From Tubiluchus corallicola (lineage: Eukaryota; Animalia; Priapulida): 64,000 nt of DNA. Where the stretch lies: positions 1-64,000 of the forward strand of contig JAQGDQ010000590.1 of the NCBI GenBank assembly GCA_030141605.1. Reading direction: 5' to 3'. The position numbers and the translations under genes are program-made. The notes under the pieces were generated by a model. The model was not told the origin of the DNA, searched no databases, and saw only the letters and a program-made list of their open reading frames with translations. Below, piece by piece: positions 49,244 through 63,469 of this stretch; position 1 is the first letter of the stretch; each line of letters begins with the position of its first letter.

Positions 49244-50571
49244 GAAGCCGGGGTTGTTGATCCCAGGTACGCTAAAAATCAGCATTTTCTCTGCGGCACT
49301 AAATTCATTGATCAGCCTTTGGCTGGAAAGACGCATTTTCTTTATGGCATCTTAATTTAGCATTAATAACAGTATAGTGTTGATCTGGGTAGTTACTGAC
49401 TACGCAGCATGCAGGCTTGCGTCGGCAGTAACGCTGTATAAAACATGTCAATTTAAACTCCCGCGATGATCGTTGTAGACGCAGCCATTTTGACGATATG
49501 TTGTTTGAAACAAGTTTGAAAACATTAAATAAAGTTTGAAAAAATAATCAGAGCATTCGTAGCACACATGTTACTAGCTATGTAAAATTTTGAATTACTG
49601 CATCTTGTCAATAAGATTAAAACTACGCTTTTTAGTTAGTGAGTGGTGCACCCTGGAGGGCGAGTTAACGACATTTTGCCAATTGGTGAAAACATGTTGA
49701 AAAATTAATGATTTTCTTGTCTAGTTACATAAGTCTTTCAAGCAGGTAAGCGAAATGCTAAGTAACATAAATTAGCATGGATTATTTTGGGGACATAATT
49801 TAACATTTCCCTTTCTTCACCTGGTTTACGTTTGTGTGTTTATGACGTCATGTAATTGTGAAACTGACGTTTTTCTTAATTGAGTTACTAAATGTACTAT
49901 CTTTGGACAATGGCATAGACGAAATTATTAATTATTATAAAATTGTGCACCACGTCACAACTGAACAACATCTGAACATAGAGGTACTATGCCTGTTTCT
50001 TATGCAATGCGTTTCCGTGAGGCAAGCACCAGTACCAATCTAACTAGCAAATGGCGAAATGCATGTAACAGCGACATGTAACAGCGTGTAACAGTGTAAC
50101 GGCGCGAATGCGAAATTAGGTTTCTGTGCAATTCAAGTCTTTCTTGAAAAAATAATGCGTTTCCTGTCAGTAATTTACACGTTAGACTGTTTTGAGCTTT
50201 AGTTTAAAATCAGGTTCTGTTTTCCTTTAAACTTGTTTAACTATCATGCTGAACAAATTGGGCGCCCTGCAGATCTGGCTTCTTTAAATGGAACACTGAT
50301 TTGTCTGATAAGTCACGAAACCTGCGGAATGTTAGAAGAAGCCAAGCTGGGACACGTGATTTAGCTGACATCTAGGGCATTCTGACAGAATTAGACACGC
50401 TTAGCAAATTAGAACTGAATTTCCGATTGACTGATTGAATTTAATTAACTTAAGGGTTTTTAGACTGGCAAATTTGCTTGCATTTTATTAAAACTCGACA
50501 AGCCGAGGATAAAATACACAGTTGGTTGCACGTATTGCTGCTGTGTTTATCGCTTTGTCTGATTTTTTCAA

Positions 50572-51597
<1,026 letters not shown>

Positions 51598-52269
51598 TTA
51601 AAGAAAAACAGGAAGATTTTTCATATCCTACGCCATTTTAAAGCATGGTGAAAACATACATTTAATGCCTATAATAGTGCCAAATTGTTTCCAATAATTA
51701 AAAAGAGAGGATGAAACATAACGAACCCGTGAAGACGAGAACTTCGCCTTGATTTTGCGTGTTTTAACGAAAAGTTTAATTATCTACAATAACGGCTTCA
51801 AGTCATTGTACTGCATCTGGGTGCAGATTGTAATCTCCTTTTTGTCATTTCATTATTATTTATTAATTAATTATTATTTAGTTATTATTATTAGTTATTT
51901 CATTATTATTAATTATTAATAATTATTTTCAAGTTTAGTTCAGTGCAATTTTCCTGTGCAAGCGATGAAAAACCCTTTGAAAAAAATAGATAGCATTCTC
52001 GTGAAAAGTGTTGATTTGTCTGTCACCAGATGGCGCGAGCGACATATCTTATCACCGCAGGCAAATAATGATATTATTTATGATTCCAAAATGCGCGTGA
52101 CCAAATTTATGACAGAAATTAAAGTCAATTAAATAAGGAAACGTGGTCTGCGTTCAGTTAATATAGTGCTTATTCCATTGTCGTTAATCATTGCACTACG
52201 CTAATGTTTTAGCTGAAAAAGCACACGAAGCCATTATTTTCGTCGTGACAAACGAACTGTCTCTTCATC

Positions 52270-52760
52270 AGTCAATATTCGCGCTCAGCCAATCAGAGTG
52301 CAGGTGGTCGACATGGCTTCATCAAGCTGCATGCTCTCAACGTCGCACAATAGAGAAGCTTTTGTGTTGAACTGTCGTGGAGATATCAGACGCGCGGTGC
52401 GCTAATAGCAGGTGAGTTCACCTATATTTACCTTCTTAATTAATCATAAGCATTTGGTTAGATCAATGTGTCTGTATGGTGCAAATGTTAGTTAATTATT
52501 GAAGCCATATTGTACACATGGAATGTGTTAGTGTGAATCCCGTCACGTGATTTGCATTTTTTAATTTGGTGTTTACTAAGCTTTATATACAGACGCTTAA
52601 TTTCAACAGTTTACATTATTAATTTTTTTATATATTTTTACCAGAGATTATAGCAGATTTGGTTGTTTGATTTTTGAAATTCAGCTATTTTAAGCGAGGT
52701 GATGTTTTTGCCGCTCGCGTCGCCATGGTTACGCCACAATGTCGTGTCACCAGGTAACTG
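52270..52760 (+). promoter_or_regulatory. Candidate promoter and non-coding first exon(s) of the downstream membrane-protein gene
   Basis: AGCCAATCAG CCAAT box at about 52287, CpG-rich, donors cag|gtgagt (52411) and cag|gtaact (52753), X-box-like GTCGCCATGGTTAC at 52719-52732. Confidence 0.5.
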
Positions 52761-52999
52761 ATACTGTGAATTGATCCTGACAGGTTGCAACGTTGTCGAA
52801 ACTGCAGACTTTGTTGTGCTGTATGTGTTGTATTGTATATTAATTCAGTTTTTAGTAATTCATGTCAAAAAGTGTAACTTTCTCTCTCTTCTTACACCAA
52901 TCATTGTGTCACTTGGATTTTTCATCTGGTGAATCTTAATTTTTTATTTAGCTATTTCATACATGTAAGTTTTCCCCTGAGAACGTTTTGGCAGCTGTC

Positions 53000-53455
53000 C
53001 GAAACTTGATAGATATTTTGGGATAAACTTTTCATAACTTTCGATGTCTTGCCAGACCAAAGACTGTCTCTCAGATTTCTAATCTGTTGCATCTTTAGCT
53101 ATGGCATCTTTGTTTTGTCCTTGGGACTTTTTTGACAATGTCAAAAACTTCAGAATTTTTCCAGACAAACCTTTGTTAGCTTTCTGTCTCTTGCTAGACC
53201 AAAGGCTGTCTCTGGGATTTCTAATCTGTTGCATCTTTAGCTATGGCATCTTTGTTTTGCCCTTGGGACTTTTTTGACAATGTCAAAAACTTCAGAATTT
53301 TTCCAGACAAACTTTTGATAACTTTCTGTCTCTTGCTAGACCAAAGGCTGTCTCTGGGATTTCTAATCTGTTACATCTTTAGCTATAGCATCTATGTTTT
53401 GTCCATGGGACTTTTTTGACACTGTCAAAAACTTGCTAATGTTTCCAGACAAACT
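53000..53455. repeat. About 140-bp tandem repeat, 3 copies
   Basis: agaccaaaggctgtctctgggatttctaatctgttgcatctttagctatggc... recurs three times. Confidence 0.9.
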
Positions 53456-54762
53456 TGCCCACAGTTTTTGCATTGTTCGCACTGTTTTTGGCTGATTACT
53501 AGGAAAAATTTGCAACAGCATTGGTAAGGATAATGATAATGATAATGATCATTGAAATCATATTTCATGAAGACAATAACAAAGGTGACAGTAATGATGA
53601 TTTTTGTCATCCCACAGGCAGGGGTCAAGCATCCACTTGCATGGCCTACATATTAAGTTGATTCCAGTGGCAGTATCAGAACCCGGTGCTAAAAAGGCAG
53701 ACGTGTTTTCGTTATATCAGATGTATTTGTTAGTTGCATACACCTTCAACTAGATGAATAGATAGTCGGAAACAATATGCAGACGAAAATGCTACTGTTG
53801 CACTACAGGCAAATATCTGGTGGTCACTCATCCATTTGCTAACTGGGTTTGATATTTCTAAACTTTGCTCACTATGATAACTCGGGCAAAGAAAATGATA
53901 TAGGTAACCCATCGTACATATAATAACAATGGAGCAAAGAGTAGATGGTAATAATGAGGCAATGCCAATATGCTGATAAATTGGTCATTGGTGAAAATAG
54001 CTGAGTGGTTCCTGCGTGTGCTTAGCCAACAAAAAAAGGAAAAAGTTAAATAAACAATGATGAGCCTGGTCAGTAACTGGATAGGCGCACATTTTTCTTC
54101 TGAGCGATTTCGTGCTGGTGTCGTGGCTATTGTTCCAATCCGCACAGAATATCACATCTGGCAGTGCCTCATATCAGCAGTTAGTTTTGAAAATGAAACA
54201 GGTACCAGTCCTGTCATGTAATGAATAAGTTGTGGTTTACGGTGTGCCGAACTGTTTAAAAAGGTTACAGTTATAGAGGTTATTTAATTTCAGTAGTGCA
54301 TCTCAGTTCAGAATAATTTTCTAACAGACTCTTTATGTTTACCCTTTCTGGTCTCTTCTCTTTCTTTTCCATCTCTCCTCGGCTCCAGCTCTCCATTAAA
54401 TCATGTTCGTTCAACTCCGTCTCGTCGTCTTCTGCAAAATTTGCGCGTCTTGCTGGAGCTTCTGCCGGTTCCGGGAAATTTGAGTCGGAGAAATTTTCCA
54501 AAAATTGATTTTCCCCCGAGAGGCTTTAACCCAGCCAGTGGTGAAAGTTTGATGATAATCGTCACGTTCCGGGAAACGAACATCGACGGGAAAGACATTG
54601 ATCCGGAAGTTTCTTCTGAATAATGCATTGTGGTGGGGTCCAGTGCTGGAACAACAGTGCTTCCCAGTTGATTGGTGGCAATTTTGGATCCTGGATATGT
54701 CATCTTGACACGAATGTTTTCGTGCAGAGCATATTTGCAGATGTTGACAACAGTAATCTTTG

Positions 54763-55121
54763 CAGTGGCATCGTGCTATGGGGGCCCCCCAATTGTTTAG
54801 AAAATGTCAAAAAGTTTAGTAATTGTTAAAAATATTAAATTAAAGATACATATGTTTTGGTAGTCGTCTATTCATCGAATCTTTTGATTCCTGACAGCTA
54901 ATAAATACTTAATTAAACTTTAATTTTAAATTAATTTTTAATTTTAATTAAATTTCTGTAGTATAGCTTTAAGTTAAATGCCAGTTGGGAATAAATAAAT
55001 CGTTTTTCTTGCATGCAAAATAATGATGTGGGAATTCAAAATTATACGTTTTTTAAACAGTTAAGTTCCGCCATTATATACAGTCGGGCCCCCTAATTTT
55101 TTTTGATGCACGATGCCCCTG
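54763..55121. mobile_element. hAT-like MITE, 8-bp TSD AATCTTTG/AATCATTG
   Basis: CAGTGGCATCGTGC ... GCACGATGCCCCTG TIRs, gggcccc subterminal motifs, 7/8 TSD match. Confidence 0.8.
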
Positions 55122-56276
55122 AATCATTGAAGATGTTTTCTTAACGAACTTGGGGCCTTTGCGGTGATAACGAATTTTCCTTCTTTTTTACCATCGTTGC
55201 ACTGTTTTCTTTCATCAAAGATTGTTCATTCTCCAGCCGTACTATGTACTCTAAAGTGGTTGCCCAGTTTGATAAATAAAACTGACCTAAATCAGTTGGT
55301 ATTTGCATTTTGTGTTAACCATATATCTGGTGGCACAAAAAATGTGCCAAAGTTTTGATCATGGCGCTAAAAGCAGAGAATAATGGCATCGCTTGAAAAT
55401 TACAGATTTTATGTATAAACAGCAAAAATTTTATGCCATTCCCTTAGATTTGTCCAAGGATGCAGAAGTTTTAAATCAACAAGTCAAAAAAGGGAAAAAT
55501 TTTGTATTGCTGTTGTTAAAATTTACAGCAAGTTCTTTGTGTGTCCATCATTTTCATTTCAAACTGGACAAAGGCATGTCATCCAACAGTTGACACAGTT
55601 TTTTACATCTTTGAGGCGCGTTTGATCCCAGAACATAGCAGTTTTGCCTTCAGTTCCCCTGCATCAAACGGCTGTGCGGCCTTTGTACACTTTGTGTTTC
55701 CACCATTTTCACTTCAAACTAGACATGGTCATGTCATCCAACAGCTGACGCAGTTTTTTACATCTATAAGGTGTGTTTGATCCCAGAACATAGCAGTTTG
55801 GCTTCAGTTCCCCGCATCAAACTGCTGTGCGGCATTTTCTCTTTAAATGAAAAGAACCAGACCCGACAAGTGGAAAATCCGCCTTGAACTTGGCTGGGTT
55901 TTCACTTCTTGTATGGCAAATGTCACTTGTTGTCTGCTGAAAAACTTGCATACTTCTCAACCAGTGACACTCCCAGCAGCATCTTATGTGACGGCCCTGG
56001 AAAGAAGTGATTTTTCAGTCAGCTTTTTCGTTACTTGTTTTAACAGCTAAACGCGTTCCTAATTTAGGAAGCTTTTTTAGCTAGGTGACATTCATGGGGT
56101 ACTGCTTGGCACAAGTAGTTACCAATTCAATGCCCTGGTGGTGATAGTTTGTGCAAAACAAGAAGCAGGAAATACTACAGAAGAAAAACAGAGATATTGA
56201 TAACCCTATAAGATTCCCAGCCTTTCCAGCCTTTCTGAATCTCATTTTGCTTCACTGTGCGAAACGAAGTCTTTGA

Positions 56277-56635
56277 TATGTATGTAGTTTATTGACTAAA
56301 ACAATAAACGAGGAACGAGGTAAATGCCACAATAGATACATTAGTGATTTTAGTCCAAATGTCACTTTACGTACATTTCCTATTCACGGTTACAGCATTA
56401 AATACAATGTTATTCATACAAGGTACATCAGCATAAAAGTTGCAAAATTTCATAACACATTATATAACAATTAGGGTGCTCAAAGAAGTGAGTTAAATCA
56501 GCAAAATTTACATTGTCGTAGCGGTTTTTAATATTAGACGTTAGAGGGCATGTCTGTATAACGTGTTTCTCAGTTTGAATGTCCCCACAAGGACATAACC
56601 TATTTTCCCTTGGCTATCTCGCCCATCTACCTGTT
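56277..56635 (-). mobile_element. Retroposon-like repeat with aataaac(TACA)n tail; inverted partner at 59790-60165
   Basis: About 360 bp reverse-complement similarity between the two copies. Confidence 0.75.
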
Positions 56636-56974
56636 CTATACTGAAGACGCATTCTTGTGAAGCTTCTCCGATGCTGCTCAAATATTGTGGATTCGAAACG
56701 AGGAGTTTCAAGACCAGCTTCGTGATTGGGCAATTTAGACACTATTGGATTTCATTGAGCGCAGTGTGTGTACAATCTTTGCTTAGCCACTGATTCAATT
56801 CAGCTATTCTTAGAAACATTAAGGCAAAGTAATTGACCATTGGAATTGCATCCAGTCATCTCCGTATCTTCTCTACGACAAATTGGTCACTAGTTTTCCT
56901 TTTTGGAAACATATTCTGTTCACTACCGTCCCAAATTTAGGATGCACACAAATTTTAAACTCAACACGAACAAG

Positions 56975-57432
56975 GTTTAATTGATCGCAAAGCTAATGTG
57001 ACTGTGATTTGAGAAATTGATAACAGATGTCTCTGCAGTAGGTGTTAAATCACTTTTTGTCATTGACCACAAAGCTACTTGTGATTGTAATTCCCGAAAT
57101 TGACAACAGGTGTCACTGTTAAATCATTGTTTTTGTCTTTCACTAATGTTACTGTGATTCGAGAAATTGATAACAGATTTGTCATGGACCAAAAAGCTAA
57201 TTGTGATTATAATTCCCGAAATTGACAACTGATGTCTCTGCCGTGCGAGTTAAATTATTGTTGTTGTCATTGATCACAAAGCTAATTGTGATTATAATTA
57301 CCGAAATTGTCAACAGATGTCACTGCAGTATGAGTTAAATCATTCTTTTTGCCATTGAACACAAAGATAATGTGACTGTGATTCCCAAAATTGACAACAG
57401 ATGTCACTGCAGTAGGTGTTAATCATTCTTTT
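56975..57432. repeat. Degenerate tandem repeat (aaattgacaacagatgtcactgcagta..gttaaatca)
   Basis: About six irregular units. Confidence 0.75.
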
Positions 57433-58883
57433 TGGTGAATAAGTATGGTGATTCATTTTTCTGAATTCAGCCCAGAAGCCTGAAGCCATTATTGTTCAGT
57501 GCTTGTTATACTGTTGCATCAGTAAACTTATTTATGTCCAGCAAAGATGCATGATCTTGGTAAGCATACTTAGTTTAGATAGCACAATAGCAGTTAAATT
57601 TCATTAGACATGCAAATTTTCGTAAATTTTAATTACATGGTTAAATTACCCCTTCTGGTGTGACAGCCTTCTACTTAAATTCTACTTCTAGTACCAAAAC
57701 TTATGAAAGCTCTAAGCATCGAATTATTTATCGACTTTATCATGTTTATATATTTTTGATTTTTTTTTGTATTTTTTTGCATTATCCTGGATATAGTTGA
57801 CTTGATTTCTCCAAAGTTCTACCGATTTCTATAAACGTGCAATGTAAACGTAATTAAAGGACAAGATAACGCTCTTCGTAAATAAAGCTTGAAATATTTG
57901 CCTTGCAATTTTGTATCACAAGCTGTCTTATTGCATGCAGAGCTTATGTTAGCAGTAATGCTGTATAAAACTTGTAAATTTTAGTTGATGACCGCTAGGG
58001 TGTGGTCATTTTAGTAGTAGGTCATGTGAAAAAAGTTTAGGCATCATTAGGTAAAGTTTGAAACAATAGTTGAAACATTCGTAGTACACACTTCAGTAAT
58101 TAAGCAAAAGTATAAATTACATTGTATTGTCAATACGATCAATAATGTGTTTTTGGTGAGTCAGTGGTGCACACTGGGAAGGCTAGTCAGTGGCGTTTTA
58201 CGAGCTGGTGCGAATATTTTAAATTATTAAGAATTTTCTTTTTCAACTTCACAAGTCTATGCTAAATTCTAAATGCTAATGCTAATGCTAATGCTAAAAG
58301 TGTAATGCTAAATAATATAACTTTGAGTGGAAAGCCTTTTGGGAAGTACATTGAAATTTCCCTTTTCTTCCCTTCGTGCTTTGAAATAACGACCGTGAGT
58401 GCCATTAACGCCGGTGCTCTAATTTATAATTAATTGCTAATTAGTTTAAAATTGTTTTCAAGGTTTTTTATATAGTTCGATACACTGCAAGCCAGCATCC
58501 AGCACTCATCAGTAGAATAGGCTGATGTAATGTGAATTTCGTGGCAGGACTGGTACCTATTTCAACACCCCTTACCCTCTAAGATGAAACTCTAAGATAT
58601 AACTGGCAAAAGTCTCTATATAACTAGTCATTTCAGCACATCCTCCCTACCTGAGAAGAATAATGAATGGTATGGCAGTATACCACCCACTTTCTAATCA
58701 GGTGCAGCATTGTTTAACTTTGGCTGCTAAGCGCACAACCAGCACACTAATCCACTATTTGTAGAATCGTACATTTTGTTTGTTTACTGTGTATTGTCAC
58801 TGACCGCTTCTTAACAATTAAGAAAAAATATAATTATTATTCTGTTTCCAGTAACGAAGATTGTGTTTGCTTCTGCCGCCAAC

Positions 58884-59096
58884 ATGATGAACTCTGATGT
58901 GGTCAAGACGGTGGTCAATGAGACCGCAGAGGGAGTCAGATGTCTACCAATGACCATTGCGGTCACTCAGCCGCTCTATCGTGTCGACGAACAGTGGGTG
59001 GGGATTGGTTTTGCCCTGGGCTTTCTTCTGGGTTGCGGAATGGGGCTCTTCGTGGCCCTCAACTGTTGCAAGAATTGGTTCAGCAGTCATCGAAAG
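58884..59096 (+). CDS. Uncharacterised single-pass membrane protein, exon with TM helix (MMNSDVVKTVVNET...WVGIGFALGFLLGCGMGLFVALNCCKNWFSSHRK); exon begins 58852
   Basis: ttccag acceptor, aag|gtaaga donor (phase 0), coding-like GC content, hydrophobic 22-residue stretch; true start may lie in an upstream exon. Confidence 0.75.
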
Positions 59097-59789
59097 GTAA
59101 GAAGGTTTTGCATGTTGCCGCCTTCTTAAGCCCATTTCATACCGATGACTAAATTGCTAAAGGAAAAATTTCTTGTGACATTTCTCACAAAAATGAAACA
59201 CAGGGCTTTCTATGGCTCATTTTACACTGGCCTCACTAGGAATTTTTCTCATAGCTTTCCCTGTAGTTTTTTGCCGCCATCTTAAAGTTATGTGTCCTCT
59301 TCATGAGGAACTTTACCACCTGGTAGAAAAGGAGAACGTACTGTTTTCAAAAAGATTCCTCCTCGAATTTACATTTTAAAAATTTAACTGCTTAATCTCT
59401 TATCAAAAACACGATTTTTTGTTTTATTAAGTCTGTTGTGAGAGTTCTTTTTGTAAAAATCAATAAATAACATGTGCGTATTGTAACTATTCTTATTATA
59501 CACTGTGTTCACAAATTGTGAAGTGGTTAGTAGTTGCTGTAAATGTGAACGGGTCTTCTCTTGGTTATAATTTGTGTAAACTTTAATCTTCAATCTACTT
59601 GACTGCCACTTCTCTTGCTACAACTAATAGCCATCAGTCCAAAATACTATTTGTTCACTATCTTCTTGCTTAATGGGTGACAATCCACTAATAAGGCCAC
59701 CCTCCCGTCAATATCAATAATGTATATGTTTCCCGATAATGTATGTATGTATGGAAAGATGGGTGGATAGATGGACGAGACAGCCTAAC

Positions 59790-60165
59790 GGGTAGATCGG
59801 CGAGACAGCCAAGGGAAAATAGGTTATGTCCTTGTGGGGGCATTCAAACTGAGAAACACGTTTATACAGACACGCCCCCTAACATCTGATATTAGAAACC
59901 GCTACGACAATGTAAACTTTGCTGATTTAACACACTTCTTTGAGCACCCTAATTGTTATATAATATGTTATGAAATTTTGCAACTCTTATACTAATGTAC
60001 CTTGTATGCATAACACTGTTTTTTAGTGCTATAACCTTGAGTAGGAAATGTACATAAAGTCACACTTGGACTAAAATCACTAATGTATCGATTGTGGCAT
60101 TTACCTCGTTCCTCGTGTATACATGTAATTTGTTTTAGTCAATAAACTACATACATACATACATA
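59790..60165 (+). mobile_element. Retroposon-like repeat, + copy
   Basis: See 56277-56635. Confidence 0.75.
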
Positions 60166-60464
60166 TGTATATAGAGAGAATTTTCGCTATTTTGTGCCGT
60201 GTCTTTGGAACTTCACCATAGATCTGAATTCTGCTGTAATCACACACAGACACGGTTTCAATCATTAAACAGAGTCGCCGTTTCTTGCCGGCTCTGAGTT
60301 CAATGACACGTCCGAGATGCTGCTCCGCATCCTTGCATTGATTTTTGTGCTCGTGTATTCACTTTCGCATCTCTGCATGTTTTTAACTTTCCAGTAAGTT
60401 CGTTTAGTACAGCTTATGCATAAATCATCGAAGAGTACTTTGTCAGAGTTTATTCATCTTTCAG

Positions 60465-60566
60465 GTGGATGTTGAAAGTCAAAACTGCGACATAAAGACA
60501 AGAGAACTCACTCACTACGTTCACCAGGCCCAAGTTCCTAGTTACCATGGCTACGAAAACACGGCA
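60465..60566 (+). CDS. Same gene, exon VDVESQNCDIKTRELTHYVHQAQVPSYHGYENTA
   Basis: ctttcag acceptor, a|gtgagt donor, 102 nt, phase 0-0, open. Not in ORF track. Confidence 0.7.
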
Positions 60567-60864
60567 GTGAGTATGGTGTTGTTTTTCTAGAGTCGTTTTG
60601 GTGGATTGGCCCACCGCTTGTTTCTTGGCCGCTCCAGAATTGGAAAAAAATTCAATCGCGTTAAGATACCTTAAATATCTTAAGGCAAAATGGCAAGTGT
60701 GTTAACACATCACAAACACTTGAAGATGAAACATCATGTGCATAAATAATCCTCAGTCGTGCTAACACATCAGAGCTGATGAAAAATTTAATATACATTA
60801 ATGAAATTATATAAGGATAATTTACTTAGACGATATAATTTTGCTATACGTATATATTTTTTAG

Positions 60865-61010
60865 TTCACAAGCATGGAAACGGATGCAAAGTATCTGGAG
60901 CGCACTTCCAGTGCCGGATCCCACCGTCCTATGTCGATTACTCCTTCCCCGGATGACGGTAATGATCGCTGTACATCGGCAATGACTTCCGCATTGGTGA
61001 AAGACAGCAG
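60865..61010 (+). CDS. Same gene, exon FTSMETDAKYLERTSSAGSHRPMSITPSPDDGNDRCTSAMTSALVKDS
   Basis: ttttag acceptor phase 0, cag|gtacat donor phase 2. Confidence 0.7.
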
Positions 61011-61397
61011 GTACATTTCAGCACAGACCGGAAGCGAGTTCATTAATTTAATTCTCTGTTGGTTTAGGGCATTAAAACACATTTAAAGGTGATTTTAACG
61101 AAAAACAAGTTTTGCCTAATAAAAAAGCTAACAATGACTTAAAATTTGATGCTGATTCTATTAAATTTCATGGCTTCATTCCTAGTGAAATCGGGTCTGG
61201 AAGTTGCATGTTCCCCGAAAACATTTTGTTCGATGTGGATGAAACATTACAATGTACATTAATGAACTTCATAGTGCTAACACATCACAAACACTTGTTG
61301 ACAAAACATCAGTTAATGACATCTGTAGATAAAACATTATCACGTGCATAAATAAGCCTCTCTCGTGGTAATGCCTAGCCAGAAAAAAAATTACATA

Positions 61398-62006
61398 CAG
61401 TGTTAACTCTCTTTTTGCTGATGTTCCGTTTCAGTCCCACCCACGATAACTGAAATTCCGCGAAGTACGGAAGCTACACTTATTTAATACTTACACGTTT
61501 GGGTGCCATCGTATAGCTTGAATAAATTCGGCCTCAAACGAAAATTTCACAAATAGCGTACAAGAAAACAAATTGCACGGTATCTGAGCCAATCAGGGAC
61601 TGGGATACCGAGCAGCATTCTCTGGTTGGTCACTCTCCATCAATCAACCAATCGTGTGTTGTGTGCCATCTCGCGTAGCATGTGCAAATTTTGGTGCTTA
61701 TTCATTCGCCAAATAAATACACTATTTACTGTAAATGGTAATTTTTTATGATTTATAATATTCTTTTAATATTAGAATTAATATTTTTAATATATTTTTA
61801 TACATTTTGTGATTTTTTATGAAAAATTCATACATTTACTGTACAATACATACTACGCATGTGCAAAAATACTTTAGACGGAGTATCGCAAAAAAACCCG
61901 CAAAATAGGAAAAAACACTTGATAAATATTTTACATTAATATTTTTGAAAACCTGCGAAACTGCGAGTCCGCGACAAACGAACCGCGAAGTAGCGAGGGA
62001 TCACTG
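61398..62006 (-). mobile_element. Tigger/pogo-like MITE, relative of 29161-29667
   Basis: ta|cagtgttaactctc ... cgaagtagcgagggatcactg ends. Confidence 0.7.
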
Positions 62007-62325
62007 CACGTTAATAAAATCATACAAGGATAATTTATGTTCCACTTCATCAAGTTCCAGACTTTTCTTAGGAAATGACACACCTTCACATCCGATTCAC
62101 TCTTATGTAAACCATCAATAAATTGTCAAATGTAAAATCTTCACTAAATCTTTTTTTTCAGTTTTTGCGTAAAACCGAAACTTCATTTAGTGTGCTGTAT
62201 TTGACGTTTAGAGACATAGTTATCACTGTTGTGAAGTGCATGTAGCGTACAACTATGTGACTGCCATCTGCGATAAATTCCGGTGTAATAACGTCAGCTA
62301 ATGAAGCTTTAATTATGGTTTTCAG

Positions 62326-62410
62326 CGAAGCACTAGCTGCCGAGATTGCGAGGCAGGATGTCGAAGCCACGTCACAGTTGGAGAACGAATTGTGGAGGGA
62401 CCGCAATATG
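62326..62410 (+). CDS. Same gene, exon (S)EALAAEIARQDVEATSQLENELWRDRNM; possible final codons IKI* at 62483-62494
   Basis: tttcag acceptor in phase 2, helical protein-like translation, atg|gtttgt donor; terminal exon uncertain. Confidence 0.55.
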
Positions 62411-62942
62411 GTTTGTTTTGCTTTTCTTTTCTACCTGTTTGTGTGATTTTACTGCCCAGGCGTGACTGAAATCTCCCTTTAGATAAAAATTTGATAATGA
62501 GAAGCTTGGAATTACTTTTGCCAACCAACAGCCGAACTGCTGGTAACTGTGCGTGTACAACTTGGCTAAATCCTATGATGCACCAAAGCGTCCGGTACGT
62601 GGCGACCTCTTGCGGACTATCTGGAAGAGAGAAAGAATGTGTGTACAGTAGACGGCACTTAACAGACTGACTTTTGGAAGGAAGTGAGTTGACCCAACTA
62701 CCCAACCAAGTTTATTAACCAACAAATCTTTAGCTTTTAGTATTCACTACAAAGACTGTGAGAGCTTTAAGTGTTAGCATATTTATGCTAATGTTGTATT
62801 TTCCAAAAGTTGGAGCAAAGCTGGACCCAATCTTGATCTGTGTTAAAATGTATACTTGTATTTTACTTGAAAATGGGGTAGTAGGCCTATATGAGAAATC
62901 ATCCTGTCTTCGTTTAACTCTGTGCTTTCAGTTGCTCTATGA

Positions 62943-63399
62943 CAGTGGCTCTTAACCTGGGATCCTGTTACCCCCTGGGGGTACCAAATGCCGTCCCGAG
63001 GGTTACCAAACGCAGATCTGGTTTATCGAGACTTCTGCGCCGAGAGCGACTCAAAAAAAGATATGTTTGAAAGCTAAACAGAGAGGATAAAGTAGTTGAA
63101 CCCTGACCCCAATCATTAAAATGCGGTTAAAATATACTTTTACTAAATAGGTGAATAGGTTTGACACTGTTGTCAGTAATGTTGTCAGTAATAAGATGTT
63201 GTTTTAATAATTGTTTTTGTTTTTATTATTTTATTATTTTTATTTTACTTTTTGGCAAGCTGAGCGAATCAAGAGCCGTGTTTAAAAAACCTACTTTGTT
63301 CCTATGTACATCCTTTTTGTAAATTTCTACAAGGGGGGTACCAGACAACTTTGTTCGCCTTCAGATGGTACCTGCAGTGAAAAAGGTTACCAACCACTG
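62943..63399. mobile_element. hAT (Charlie-like) MITE with perfect 8-bp TSD CTCTATGA
   Basis: ctctatga|CAGTGGCTCTTAACCT ... AGGTTACCAACCACTG|ctctatga; gggggtacc subterminal motifs. Confidence 0.9.
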
Positions 63400-63469
63400 C
63401 TCTATGATGTTTATGCTGTGAAGTCGCAAAGATTGCAAAATATTCGTGCCAAAAATACTCCATCATTTA

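Noticed and set aside
60541-60554. X-box-like GTTACCATGGCTAC as a promoter
   Set aside because: Lies inside the in-frame exon 60465-60566 (SYHGY codons); probably coincidental.
62162-62204. Alternative terminal exon SFCVKPKLHLVCCI* for the membrane protein
   Set aside because: Phase-compatible, but the 62326 exon reads more protein-like; cannot be excluded as an isoform.
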